A stretch of DNA of 64,000 bases from the human T2T-CHM13v2.0 reference genome, Homo sapiens. This document shows, piece after piece, positions 45,369-59,052 of the stretch (the stretch's first letter is position 1; every line of letters starts with the position of its first letter). The DNA is taken from NCBI RefSeq assembly GCF_009914755.1, contig NC_060926.1; one strand, written 5' to 3'. Below the pieces are notes generated by a model, which saw only the letters and a program-made list of their open reading frames with translations, made no database searches and was not told the DNA's origin. Position numbers and translations under genes: made by a program.

Positions 45369-45827
45369 GGTACCAGTCCATGGCCTGTAAGGAACAGGGC
45401 TGCACAGCAGGAGGTGAGCAGTGGGCAAGTGAGCATTACCATCTGAGCTCTGCCTCCTGTCAGTTCTGTGGCAGCATTAGATTCTCATAGGAGCGTGAAC
45501 CCTACTGTGAACTAAGCATGCGAAGAATCCAGGTTGCAAGCTTCTTATGAGAATCTAATACCTGATAATCTGTCACTGTCTTTCATCCCCCCACCCCTAG
45601 ATGAAACCATCTAGATGGGGGAAAACAAGCTCAGGGTTCCCACTGATTCTACATTATGGTGAGTTATATAATTATTTCATTATATATTACAATGCAACAG
45701 TAATAGAAATAAAGTGCACAATAAATGGAATGTGCTTGAATCATTCCAAAACCATCCCCACCTGGTCTGCGGAAAAATCGTCCTCCATGAGACTGGTCCC
45801 CGGTGCCAAAAAGCTTGGGGACTGCTG
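45369..45827 (+). mobile_element. MER1A (hAT-Charlie) lacking its left terminus
   Basis: GGTACCAGTCCATGGCCTG...GGTGCCAAAAAGCTTGGGGACTGCTG; right TIR present, left CAGGGGTCCCCAAC end absent. Confidence 0.9.
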
Positions 45828-46624
45828 CTTGTAGAACATTGAGAATAAACAAACTGCAATGGCTTGCCAGGGTGTGGGTGAGTCTCAGAAACATAACGTG
45901 GCATGATTGCATTTATATATAGTTCAGACCAAAGCTACAGTGATCGCAGCTACCCCTGGGGAGGGAGGGATGACAATAAGGAGGCTTGGAAAAGCTTCCA
46001 GGCGCTGCTGAGGCTGTGTGTTCAGCCTGGCACTGATTGCACAGGTGCATTCAACTTGAGAAAATTGATCAAGCCAAGCTGTGCTCTTAGGACCCGTATC
46101 TTTTTTATAGGTAAATTCCACTTTAACATTTGTTTTTTAAAAAAGAGAAATAAAGCCTGGAAGGTATGTAAGTAGTTATAATCTGTGGGTTATGGAAGAT
46201 TCTTCTTTTTTTCTTTATGTCTATGTTTTCTAAAATGAGCCTCTATTACTTCCATTGTCAAACAGTTTTCTTTGGTTTTGCTTGTTTTGAAATCATTCCT
46301 GCTGCCTTCATCAGAGCAGGCTCTGTGATATGTCAGAGCCACTGGCCCACAGCGGGAAGAGCTTCCTGTTCTAGGAGGAGGCCTACTCAGTAATTTTGCT
46401 CCTCATAATCTGAAACCAGAACTTAAACTCAGGGCACATTTCCAGAAACTGACAGGGCTGACAGTCCTCCAGTGTTCACTACTTTCTTCCTGGGGCAGCA
46501 GCCAGGTGTGTTGTCCCAAATGCCATCTTTTCCAGTGCAGGCTCTGACCGTGAGAGAAGCATTCAAAAGCACAGCAAGTCTGCGAAGTCCAGGATGGGAT
46601 CCTCATTGCTCAGTTCTCCTCTTA

Positions 46625-46939
<315 letters not shown>

Positions 46940-47059
46940 TCACCTCGATGTCCCAAAGGGAAAGAGACTCTTCTGAAGATGCTGATGTTGGCACATGCAT
47001 TTAAGGTGAGCACCTTACTTACACTTCAGTCAACAACATGCTTACCTAACACATTCTGT

Positions 47060-47520
47060 GATCAATATGTTCGTGGTCTCGATATTAGACCAAGTGACTC
47101 AAACTGGCTTATTTATCATGGCACCTAAAAAAAAGAAAACAGAGATGGGTGTGACATTTAGGCAATATTTGATCTTAACTCTGTCTCTATTTCTTTGCCA
47201 TTTTCTCAGCCCTGCCCATCTCTCTGTACTTGCCACCTCCGACATCCACGATTGGAAGATGGCAGCAGTCACCAAGTCTACACGTGTCCTCATTCACCTC
47301 CATAAGATTTGAGTCAATTGGAACACTCCTGAACCAACCCCATATCCCAGAGAAAGGCAGGCTCTGATTAGCCAAGGCCTAATTGACCTGCCCTATCCAC
47401 TGTACTGGGAATAGGCTTGTCCAGTCAAGGAATTGGGGATGGAGTTGCTCTTCCCAAAACTCCACAGCTGCTGAATTGACACAAGGAGGTTGGGATGGCA
47501 GGTCCTGGGAGGCCACCCTG
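47060..47520 (-). mobile_element. Old MaLR LTR (MLT1J/K-like)
   Basis: AAGATGGCAGCAG...GCTCTGATTAGCC motifs; approximate. Confidence 0.45.
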
Positions 47521-48053
47521 CAGTTCATTTCACCTCTTAAGTATGCAAAGGAAAAAGGAGACATGGTTGTTTGATTTCAGGCTTTTTACAGCATGAATTT
47601 GGAGTTTGTCACCTTAAGAAAAGGAAGATCACAAAAGGACCTTTTTCTTCTCCGAGAACCTTCTAAGGGTCCTTTTAAGATATACACACTGGACATCTAC
47701 TTTGTGCTGGGCACTGTATGAAATCCTGGAGGAGAAACATGAAAAGGGTAGACTTGACCTTGAGGGGCTCTGGAGCTTTCTCCTCTCCTTGGTCCTACCC
47801 CAACCCCTCAGGGTCCATGTGAGATGAGAACATCTTAGAGGTGGAAGCAGCAGGTGCAGGAGCTTAGCTGCAGGGCTGGGGTGCAGAAGGACTGTCTTGG
47901 AGTGCCCCCAGCTTGGGTGGTGGGGGACATCTTTCCCTCCTTCTTCTGAGGCTGTGCCTAGAACCTGGATGGAGTAAGCAAGCTCCTGCCACCATGTTCG
48001 GAATTGGCAGTCTTACCTGGTCCCAGAGGACAGGGAGACCTGGGGAGTTTCCC

Positions 48054-48756
48054 TGTTCCAGTGGGGAGTTAGGCATGAGCAGGGCGGGAGACGGCTGCCC
48101 TCCACACACACACCAGGAATGTCAGGCAACCTTCAGGTGATGGACAGGCAGTTGTTATGCTGTCTCTCTAAAATAATAATTTATCACAGCCAATGCCAGA
48201 GAAAGACAGTCTCCTAACAGATAAAAACACCGGAAACTGGTGATCAGCAGCTTCTTGATAATATCTCAAGAGTTGGGCGAGTGGGCTCAACCATGCGCCT
48301 TAAGAGGCAAAATGGTGGAGTTAACTGGTCTATGACCTTCCGGGGACATTTGACTGGTAAGGGAAGAGCGTCTCAAGTGAGCATGCGCACAACTCCAGTG
48401 AACACACTGTGCATGCTCCCTCCCAAGTGCTGGCAGGCCACTGTGCATGCAGACAGCCCACCCCAAGGGAAGAATCAGGGGAGAAGGGATGCAAGACCCC
48501 AGAAGCATGCCAACGTATAAAACCCCGTCAAAGATCAACAGTGCACTTGATCTCTCAAGTCACCCGCTTGGCCCTCTTCCAAGAGTACTTTCCTCCCTTT
48601 CCTTCCTGCTCTAAAGCTTTCTAATAAACTTTCACTCCTGCTCTAAAACTTGCCTCAGTCTCTCCTTCTGCCTTATGCCCCTTTAGTCAAATTCTTTATT
48701 CTGAGGAGGCAAGAATTGATGTTGCTCCAGACCATGTGGATTCACCACCAGTAACA
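48054..48756 (+). mobile_element. ERV1 solo LTR, MER50
   Basis: TGTT...CCAGGAATGTCAGGCAACC...TAAGAGGCAAAATGG...TATAAAACCCC...AATAAA...GTAACA. Confidence 0.88.
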
Positions 48757-49615
48757 CCCTGGGTCATCCTTTCTCACTGTAGTCCTCTCAGAACGACCAT
48801 CTGGCTCCCCGTTCCCTCTGCTCTGCAAAAGGCAGATTTGAGCTTCAAGGACTGGGAAAAGGAGGAAGCCGTTTGCTTTGGGAAGGACTGTCCCCTGCAG
48901 CCTGCCTCTGATTGTCTTCCCTCCAAGTGACCTCTCCTTTGAAAAGCACAGGCCTTTTCCAAGGTCTGGGAAAAATAGTCAAGAAAAGCTCAGGAATGCC
49001 TTCTCTTAGGAGTCGACCTTTCCGCCTTTCATGTGGTTAAAGAATTCCCCTTTGAGGGTCCCCTTGTGTAAACCCTTTAATTGCGTAGCTAATACAAACC
49101 AGAGCAGAAATGATTCATCCAAGAATTCTTGTTTGGATTCATTACCATTTTCAAAGTGTCCCTCTTTTATCTTGTCTCGGATCAGCTGAATGATGCCCGT
49201 GTTTAAAAAGGGCTTAGCAGAAGAGATAACACATTATCACTTCTTCTCAGCCTAGTGTGGTGGAAGGAGGTTTACTCTAAAGATAATTAAATCTTAACTC
49301 CCAATGGGTGAGGAAACCCAGACTTCCGTGAAACAGCTTTTACCCTGCTTGAGGGCCCCACACAGCTGGGATGCCCCAGAGGTCAGAAAGAGGGGTCTTC
49401 CCACAGCATCACCCCACTAAGTGGTGAGTCAAAAAGGGGCAAGTGATAGGGTTTCTTGTTTCAAAATGGAACCGGATCACAGTATAGATAACGTGCTAAG
49501 AGGTTAGGAATCTTCCTACTAGAACTGTGGATTAGCTTGGCTTGACGACAGTAGAAGCAAGATATTATCTGTGTCTGACAAGACTACAGAGAGGTAATCA
49601 ATAGTCCACACTGGG

Positions 49616-50000
49616 TGTGGCAGGCACAGAGATGTGTGGGGAGCTCAGATTCCCCTTCACGCTGTGAGGAGTGTGGTTAGCCAACAGCCTCCAAATGAAG
49701 ATGACAGCTCATAAATCACCCTCAGCTTTGAAGCTAAGATCATATTATTCTTGGGGTGGCTTCAGTTGGTGACTGAGCAAGACTTCCTGGCCACCTCCAC
49801 CTGACACGGGAGTCTTTGAACAAGGAAGCTTCACTCCAAGCTTACTGTTGGGGAGGTGGAGGCTCTGTCAGGTCCACCACTGTGTGATGGCCCCTCCCAT
49901 TCCATCCTTCCTCCTCCCTTTTCCTTTCACAGCCATTATCTCCAGCAAACCAATCTCTCCTAACTCAATTTCAGCATTTCACATGCCCAGATCCCCATTC
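49616..50000 (+). mobile_element. ERVL LTR (LTR16-like)
   Basis: TGTGGCAGGCACAGAGATG...CTCAGATTCCCCTTC...CCTTTCACAG; approximate. Confidence 0.55.
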
Positions 50001-52132
50001 ACAGAGCTCCCATGCATCCATCCACCAGTCCCTGAGGGGCTGCATCTTGGCCCTGCTGGAGCTACTATGTAAAAAACAGAGATCCACTTGGGGTGGGGGC
50101 TGGATCTTGGAGGGCAGTTTAAGGAATGGCAAGAATGATGCAGAGTGCTGGGAGAAGAAGAATCTTCCTGGAATCGGTCCCTACCAAGATGTCCCTTCCA
50201 CTATATCAATTCCTAGAGACCGTTAGCCAAGGAATAGGGTCACTATTTTATGGAACAGAATGCCGTCCCAGGGACACTCCCTTAAGGGAGGCTGCATCTG
50301 AAAATGTCTTGTCAGTTTCAGAGTGTACGGTGTCTATGACAAGCCACGCTGAGCATGCTTCTCAGGACGGAGACATATCCAGAACTTTCACAGCCCAGAA
50401 ATCCCAGACTAAGCCAAAGATTCCACACTGGATCTTCATCAGACAAAGCCTTGAAGAACAAGGAAGATGCTTCTCATCACCCAGTTTTGTCTGCTTCAGC
50501 TCCAGACATAACCAGGATGCACTTCCCCAAGGCTCAGGAATGGGACAGTATCCAGCTACCCCCAGCCCTGCATGTGCAGGGTCAGCAGTCCCTCTGTCTA
50601 GAGGAGCCAGGAGTCACGTTAGTCCTGGCTAATGGCAAACTCAACAGTATTTCCATCTTTTGTCTTTGTGTAAGAGCTAGAGATACCTGCTTGCTCCTGT
50701 AGCTTATCCTATGAAAATTCTAAGCCTGTCATTTTCTCTAAAAAGTATCCTAGTAGCTTCTTTATCTGTTAATGCAAAACATAAGACACCTCTAAATGAT
50801 GTTTTGAGGACTTAGTAATGTAAAACATTTGTTACAGGGATTTTATTTAATTTTTTTGGTAGCTTAGTTCATTTATTTTCCATTTGTTAGTAATTTCTAA
50901 TACATGAATTTAAGGCCATGTTTTTCTCTGAATCTCCATCTAACGGACTTGGATGTATACGTCTCTCATCATCCTTCATTTCTAAGGCATTTGTAATGTC
51001 AATTTAACTTCATCTTTAATTCAAGTTATTTAAAAGTGTGTTTGTGGTTTTGTTTTCAAGAGAGTTTTAAAATTGACATGCAATACAAGAATACTTTGAA
51101 ACCAGGTTTTTCTAGGCTTAACCCTACCTCTGAATCTAACCCTAACACAAAGCTTGACCCTAACTCACATTTCTTGAGCTTGATTCCAGAGAAAAGAAGA
51201 CCTAACTGCTCTTCTATCCACTGACATTTTTGCAAAGCGTTATGGATTGTTTGTAATCTGGCATGTCACCCTACGAAAATATGCTTCAAAACCAAAAACA
51301 TAATGGTTTTGTTTTATTTTTATAGTGGGTGGGTTGCAAAAGGCCAGAAGGAAATTCTGTTTTCTAGACTGCTTATTTTACTTGGAAAGGGAAAATGCCT
51401 CTCTAATGGCTGTCCTTGAAGGCAGTCAAAGCCAAGAAAAAGCATTGCCAAGTTTAAGAGTAAATATTCCAAAAAGTAATATTAGCAAATTATTTTCAGG
51501 AACAAAGCCCACTACCACCATAATTATTTATTAAGGTTTGGGGGCCTTGGTCATTGTAACATTGTAACTATAGAGGAAACCAAATAAAATGAATGCATAC
51601 GGTAAAAGGAGAAAAATACTCTTCACAGATAACAATAATTGAAAATATACAATTATTTCAAAGCAGCTTAAGTGACTTTAAAAGACAAATATGGAAAAAC
51701 CAATAGCACCTGAGTATTGATCTTATTCACAATAGTATCAAAAATATTATAAACATAGAAGTGATTTTGAGAAAATGTGCAGAATGTAAATAAAACCTCC
51801 AAGGTCTATAGGAAGTCATAAAAGACATCCATTTGAGAAAGGAAAACTATTTCTAGATGTACAGATGAATAGTCCAAATAGACTTTTTATGAATTTGGCA
51901 AAAATAATTTTGAAATTCACCTGAAAGAACAATTGACATAGACTTCCAAAAAGATTGCTTGAAAAGTAAGAGTAAGAGGGAAGAAGTTTGCAGTCCCAGC
52001 AAATATTAAAATATATTTTAAGAAGAACATTCATTAAAACCTTAGAATATTGGCTTAAAATATGACAGAGAGAGACTAAAGGAATGCAATGAAGAAACCT
52101 TGAGCTAAAGACAATCATATACAGAAATACAG

Positions 52133-52692
52133 ACAGTCACATGTGGAACTTGACATTTTCTAGTAGCTGCATTTAACAACAGTAAAAATAAATAATTTTA
52201 ATAATATATTTGATTTAACCTAATATATCAAAATGACATCATTTTAACATGTGATCAATTGAAAAAATTATTTATTTTATTTTTTGAGACAAGGTCTTAC
52301 TCTGTCACCCATGCTGGAGTGCAGTGGCGCGATCATGGCTCACTGCAGCCTTGACTTCTTGAGCTCAAGTGATCCTCCCACTTCAGCCTCCCGAGTATAG
52401 GTCCACAGGCACACACCATCACACCCAGGTAATTTTTGTATTTTTGGCAGAGACAAGGTTTTGCCAGGCCCAGGCTGGTCTCAAACTCCTGAGCTCAAGC
52501 AATCTTTCCACCTTGGCCTCCCAAAGTGCTGGGATTTATAGTTGTAAAGCCATGGCGCCAGGCCTTGAAAAAAATTATTTAATATTCACAAAATACTTTA
52601 CATTCTTTTTTTGTACCAAGTTTTGAAATTTGTACTATCCACATATTTAATAGCCACATGTGGCTAGAGGCTATGACCTCCTTACAGCATAG
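52133..52692. mobile_element. MER33/MER3-type hAT element interrupted by an Alu
   Basis: AATAATATATTTGATTTAACCTAATATATC...AATAGCCACATGTGGCTAG. Confidence 0.7.
52274..52564 (-). mobile_element. AluJ-type
   Basis: Antisense Alu with CTCACTGCAGCCTTGAC; TSD TTGAAAAAA(A)TTATTT. Confidence 0.94.
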
Positions 52693-53452
52693 ATTACAGG
52701 TAGGGAATGCTATATGTTATTGAACAGGCATCAGGAAAGCCATGGAGAAGGAAATAGATATTTAATAAATGACATATGTCCTTATAATGACTTGTAAAAT
52801 GCAGAAATGTATCTCGATGAGTTAAACCCACACCATAGGTCATCTGACAAAGTAAGATCTAGATGGAGTAAATCAAACTATTTTAAAAACTAAAAAGCAG
52901 AAAAGCTTACAGTAAGCCAAGCAGTGTCACAACTTGAGTGGACCTGGATGGGAGTCCTGCTGGTTCCAGGAAAAACAGGCCTGCGGAGAAGGAGGAGAAG
53001 GTGGGGGCATCAGACACTGTGGAGGTGAGTGGCCTGTGTGTGGGCAGAGCCTGGGAAAGACGGCCAGGGGTCCAAGACCCGGGAACCAAAGGCCCAGAGG
53101 CCAATTCTAGAGTGATTCAGACAGCGGGTGGGATCAGGCAGGCCTGGTAGGCTGAGGCAGTGGAGCAGAAGTTTCCAGGCACTAGTCCAATTTGGAAGTG
53201 CAACAGGGTGTTGGCCACTGTTGGGTAATCTATCCACAGTAGACAGGTCCCCACCCATGGAAGCTCCACCAAGGACAGCTGGAGTCGAGCCTGGGGGAGA
53301 AGGTCTTGGTGAAGTCGGGATGTCCAAAGAACCATCAGGGTCGTGTGTGCAGCTCCAATCGCAGCGGGAAAGTGAGATCTCAGAGGCCGCAGACACACAG
53401 TGCTGTCAAGTGGGAGAACAAGGGGACCAATAACTGCAGGAGTGGAAGACGC

Positions 53453-53809
53453 TGCCATGGGCTGAAGAGTGTCCCCCTCAAAATTCACGTGTTGAAGGCC
53501 TAAGCTCAATACCTCCCACGCGACTGTATTTGTAGACAAGGCGTTCAAAGAGGGAACTGAAGTTAAATCAGGCCATTGGGCTGGACCCACTAAGAGGAAA
53601 TTTGGACACAGGTGGAGAGGGATGATCATGTGAAGACACAGGGAGGTCGGCCATCTACAAACCCAGGAGAGAGGCCTCGAGAGAAACCCACCCTGTCACA
53701 TTCTTGATCTCAGACTTGCAGCCTGCAGAATCCTGGAGAGAATAAATGTCTGTTGTTGGAGCCACCCAGTCTACAGTGCTTCATTACGGCAGCCTGAGCT
53801 GACTCTACA
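53453..53809 (+). mobile_element. MLT1A/B solo LTR
   Basis: TG...CA termini, AATAAA, 5-bp TSD GACGC/GATGC. Confidence 0.88.
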
Positions 53810-54037
53810 GATGCTGAAACTGCAGATTGCACCAGTGAGGCCCTCGTCCCCACAGCGCCACGGTAGACTCAGGCCTGGTGTGCGGACCCGCCCATGCGGC
53901 TGGGGCGGGCGAACCACTCAGGAGCCTCACCCACTGTGTCCTGTGCAAACCGCTTGCCCACTGGGGGATTGGGAAGTCATGTTGAATCCGTGCCTGGAAA
54001 GACTCCACTCGACTCGGTGGAAGATGGGACCCAATGA

Positions 54038-54232
54038 TAGAGTTGCCAGATAAAATACAGGACACCCAGTTACATTTGAATGCCAATAAGCAACGTTATT
54101 ATTATTATTTTTTTAGTGTATGTCTCAAATATTGCAGGGGGCATGCTTGTTCTAAAAGTTATTTGCTATTTATCTGACATCCAAATATAACTGACTATCT
54201 TACCATTTTATTCGCTAAATTGGACAACCTTG
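54038..54232. mobile_element. MER53 palindromic hAT MITE
   Basis: TAGAGTTGCCAGATAAAATACAGGACACCCAGTTA...GCTAAATTGGACAACCTTG. Confidence 0.85.
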
Positions 54233-55357
54233 GCCAAAGGATAAGGAAAGGGGCCCAGCCCAGCAGGTGTAGCAAGGAAGTGAAGAGGAAGATAGTGGGG
54301 GAGCCCTGACCCGGGCGGTGGCGGGGGTGTTCACCAGAACCACCCAAGGGAGAGGACTTTCTGAAGACAGAAGTAAAAGACAAAAGTCAATGAAATGTTC
54401 AACAGATTTAACAACATCAACATTTTATAACTAACATTAAAAGAAAAAAGAAAAAATAACAGACTGGGAGAACCATTTCACCAATCTGAAAAAGCCGGTA
54501 TGAATATAGAATACTCATTTCAACTGGTAAGAAAAATATCAAAATCTCAGTAGGCAAATAGGGAAAGGATGTGATAAATAATTTGTACAGAAGGACCTAC
54601 AATTACCAAACAAATTTGGAAGAGTATTTTTGTCCTTTTAAGAATTTTTACATGAAAATTCTTAAAAAATTAAGAATAAACTTTCACTTCTAAAAAATAG
54701 GACTTAAAAATTTAATTACTTAGTGAGAATGAGAATGTGGTTCCACTGATAAGATGACCCTTCTGGTGGTGGAAACTTAGCAATGTGCTAAGTGGAATTT
54801 CTTAGTGGAAATTTAGCAATATGCTTATACTTGTTGACCCAATAAAATAATTCCTGGGTTTTGTCCGAAGAGTAATGATTTAAAACAAAGACAGGAAAAA
54901 GGATAAGAAATAGTGTATTATTCCATTACGCTGACTATACAATTATGAATACACTTGAACAATAACTGGAAAGAAATACACACACAAAAAAGCATTCGAT
55001 GTGAATATATTCTTCTCTTTAAGGTTCCCTTGGGTCATTAGCATATTTTTCTTTTAGAATTACCAAACATTAAAGTAAAAAAGCAGTTTCTTTTTTTCTC
55101 ACAAAGACTAAGGTGTGCCGTCAGAATTCCACCTGGCTCGTGACCTGGGGATGGTGGGAGGGTTGGCCATCAGAAACTCTTAGACCAGCTCAGGGAATAA
55201 TTCCCTGAGCCTTCTTTTCTACTTGACATCAGAGTCTGTAGGTCCAAAGCTTTGCTGGCTATCCAGGCCTTTTAAACAGGTACTCAAAAGCCCTAAAGAC
55301 TTTCTCTGGCCAAAGGTTCAATGCACTACAGGATATTTCCATTCGATGAGACAGTAA

Positions 55358-55653
55358 TTTTTTTTTTTTTTTTTTGAGATGGAGCCTCGCTCTCTTGCCC
55401 AGGCTGGAGTGCAGTGATGCGATCTCAGCTCACTGCAACATCAGCCTCCCAGGTTCAAGTGAGAACTTGCCTCAGCCCCTGAGTAGCTGGGATTACAGGC
55501 ATGTGCCACCATGCCCAGCTAATTTTTGTAGTTTTAGTAGAGACGAGGTTTCACCATGTTGGTCAGGCTGGTCTCAAACTCCTGACCTCGTGATCCGCCT
55601 GCCTCAGCCTCCCAAAGTGCTGGGATTACAGGTGTGAGCCACCATGCCCAGCC
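55358..55653 (-). mobile_element. Full-length Alu (AluSg-like)
   Basis: Poly(T) then antisense Alu with CCTGACCTCGTGATCC. Confidence 0.96.
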
Positions 55654-56076
55654 AATATAGTGATTTTTATTTTATAGTTTTTTTAACCGGGTATATTAAT
55701 GTCTTGCACTCACTCTTCACATTGTCGTCTACTAACCGAAAGCCAAAACCTGAATAAACTATTGTGGTAACAGCCTTTGCATGATCGGGGGTAATAACTC
55801 TTTGCTGTCACTATACCATTTTCCAGCACCTAGGAGGAGCAGGAGATGGTCTGCTCAGTTGCCCCTGAAGTGTCTGGGTTCTGGTTCTAGAACAGACAGC
55901 ACAGATCACAGGAGAAGGACACTTCATCACGGGTCAGTCCAGTGGATGCTATGACTGCTGGGAGAGAGGGGTTTTAAATATGAAGAATTGAGGTCAATAT
56001 CAAAAACCGTTGGGTTGGATTTTCTGAGGCTCACAAAGCTTCTCCCAGCCCAAACTTGGGAACAAGAGACCACTCC

Positions 56077-56461
56077 TGTATCAGTTTGCTAGGCTGTCAT
56101 CACCAGATTCCGCAGACTGGGTGGCTTACACAACAGACACTGATTTTGTCACAATTCTGGAGGCTGGAAGTCTGAGAGCAAGGCATTAGCAGGGCTGGTT
56201 TCTCCTGAGGCCTCTCTTCTTGGCTTGTAGATGCCACCTTCTTCCTGTGGCTTCATATGGCCTTTCCTTTGTGTGTTCGTGTCCTCATCTCCTCTTATAA
56301 GCACACCAGTCACATTGGATTAGGGCCCATCCTAACAGCCTCGTTTTAGCTTAGTTATTCCTGTAAAGACCCTATCCCCAAACACAGCCACATTCCAAAG
56401 TATTGAGGGGTTAGGACTTCAACATGTGAATTTTGGAGGGGACACAGTTCAGCCCATAACA
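56077..56461 (-). mobile_element. MLT1A/B solo LTR
   Basis: TGTATCAGTTTGCTAGGCTG...CAGCCCATAACA; TSD ACTCC/ATTCC. Confidence 0.9.
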
Positions 56462-58319
56462 ATTCCTGAGGTCAGAAGAGAACTTCCCCGTTATTGGCTG
56501 CAAAGCTGCATAGGCATATATATATATATTTATTTATTTACAGGATCCTAACTTGTCCTGTAAGCAAGAGAGTCATCAAACCTTACACGAACCCTCAAGA
56601 CAAATGTGCTAGAAGATCCTGACTAAACTGTCTGGGTAGTCTGAGAGCAGCACTATTTTATCGTAGGATTCCTGAGATTTTCGGTTCAAACCTGAGAGTG
56701 CCCCTTGGGAAGGGAAACCCCAGCACACACAGGCCTCTGATGTTAGCCCGGCTCAGTGCCCACAAGCACATCTCCATCTCAAGGGCCTTTGCCCCACGAG
56801 GGCCAGGGTGAAGTCTCCTTGTTTCAGCACCCCCAGGGACGCTGGGTGATGACTTTTCTCTCTGCCTTCCTTGGGGCCAGGTCTGGAGGCCCAATGCCAC
56901 CTGTATTCGACCTGCATAGGGGGCTGTGAGTGTCATCTTCCCTGGGTCCAGGGCCACATTTATGTTTTCTTTGTATTGCCACAATGCATCTTAATTCCCA
57001 TCTGCATTCTCAGCTAAGGCGAGGCCCACCCCAGCACATCACCTCACCCTGATGGGCTCCCTGGCCTCTGATCCCTGCACAGTTGGTGTCCTCCTGTGCC
57101 TCTGGGACATGTGGGATGGACCCAGGCTGCTCCCCTCTGCGCTCGCCTTCCTGAGCTCTCCCACTTCCAGGGGCCCTGAGCGTGCTCTTAGGCTAGTGTG
57201 ACATCATTCATGACAGCAGAGTGAGAGTTCAGATTCATTGTCTTTTCTTTCATGCACTTTATCTTTCAGCCATGTCAAGAGCTGGTTTGAAATGCAAGGT
57301 ATGGTAGGAAAAATCTGTTCAGCTATCTCTGGAACAAATAGAAGGAATTGTGCACTTTGACAGCCACGTGTAGGTTCTTTTGATGTCCAGCACCTTCCTC
57401 CCCTTCAGGGTGTGAGGCTGGCACACCTCTATTTGGGACACATCAGTGTACATTGATCTATTAAAACCCATTGGGCTTAATGTGGCTCAGGCAACAAATG
57501 CCTCAAGCACACTGCAGAGTTTGTGCACAGCCTATTGTCGAAGTGGGATTACACCGTGGGGTGGATACCTCTTTCAGAGGAGACGTAGCCAACTCTAGTG
57601 GGTGTTTATTCTCAGAAGAGGTCAATAGATGTTATGAAACACTTGCAGCTGGGGGAAGAGATTCCAAAACATGTGGCAAGCAGCACGGCTCTCTCTGCCT
57701 GTTGGTATCACGGGGCAGGACAAGGCATCCATCCTTCTGGACAGCATATGTATGATAGAAAATAAAGTCACCCTGTTTGTTCTTAGCACAGTCTGAGCAA
57801 GACTGAAGAAGATCCTCTGAGAATCAAACTGAGCAGATGGCTCAGGGTAATGTTATTTGACTTCCTCTAGGGCCACCCCAAGAAGTTCAATACAACACCA
57901 TCAGTACAGCTCTTCTTGACTGTCACTTTATCACGGATTTGAAAAGCAACTTAAAATGTTTTGCCCTATCTTTATTGGACTATAAGCTCTGAAATTATCC
58001 ATAAAATTGTTCCTATCAAATGCAAGATAGTATGACCTGCAAAAGACCAGTAAAATTTCAGAACTATGTCTTTTATTAAAAGTATAAGGCAACCGAGGGT
58101 TGTCTGGCTCATTGGCTTAACTTTTTTTGTGGTCACTAAGCATTATAATTTCCAAAATGAATCCATAGTGGAAAAGTAGGGAAATAGAAAAGAATTAAAG
58201 ATCTGAGCTTGGCAGGAAAACCCAGGAACAGGAAGGGGTTAGGCCCATAGGAACCAGAAGTATGGCAGGACAAAGGCCTTCAGGAAAGCTCATCACGTCT
58301 GCTAGACAAAACTGCATGG

Positions 58320-58476
58320 GGGAATTACCTGGCTGTGACACTGTAGGATAGGTATGCAAGATGATACCACGCGGGGAAACTGGGCGAAGAGTACCTCGGC
58401 TCTCTCTACAGTACTTCTTACAATTGCATGGGAATCTTCCATTATCTCAAAGTAAAAGGTTTAATTTAAGAAAAAC
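58320..58476 (+). mobile_element. L1MC/MD extreme 3' end
   Basis: GCAAGATGATACCACGCGGGGAAACTGGGCGAAG...ATTATCTCAAAGTAAAAGGTTTAA. Confidence 0.65.
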
Positions 58477-58974
58477 TGCACAGGCAGTGGGTGTACGGTT
58501 CATCCCAGTCCCTTCCCTGCCACCTGTGCATCTCTTGCTCCATCTTCAAGTTCTTAGGAAAAAGAGAGCGTTGTTAGGAGTGTAGGAGAGGCTGGACCCC
58601 TTCAACCCCTGTGTCTCTGGCTCATCGGTTAGCCATGCTGGTTGGAGAGAACTGTCTTGCAGGGATGGCTGCACCTGAGGCCGTGTTTTTGACCTGGCAT
58701 CCTCCCCTTCCCAAGGTAACCTGCTGATGAGGACTCATTGCCAGCGGGCATGAATGCTGTACAAACAACACCTGTTCTCACATCTTAAAAAAGGATCACA
58801 GAAGTTTGAGACGCAGCCACCTAGATGGGAGACACACTGACAGCATGATCCCAGCACTCCCAGAGAAAAGAAAAGACCCCAAATGTGGAATATTCGTATT
58901 TCCTGTGGGGATTGTGAAGGGAGATCTTGGAATGTGAAAGCAGCCCATTGTTCAAGCTCAGCACAGATCCCAGT

Positions 58975-59052
58975 GAGGATCTGCATACAGTAGCAACTCA
59001 ATAAACATTGCATTTGAATGAATGAATGAATGAATGAATGAATGAATGAATG
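58975..59052 (+). mobile_element. L2 3' end with (TGAA)n tail
   Basis: CTCAATAAACATTG followed by about 9 TGAA units. Confidence 0.75.

Noticed and set aside
53453-56461. Two MLT1 LTRs as the ends of one provirus
   Set aside because: Opposite orientation and separate TSDs indicate independent solo LTRs
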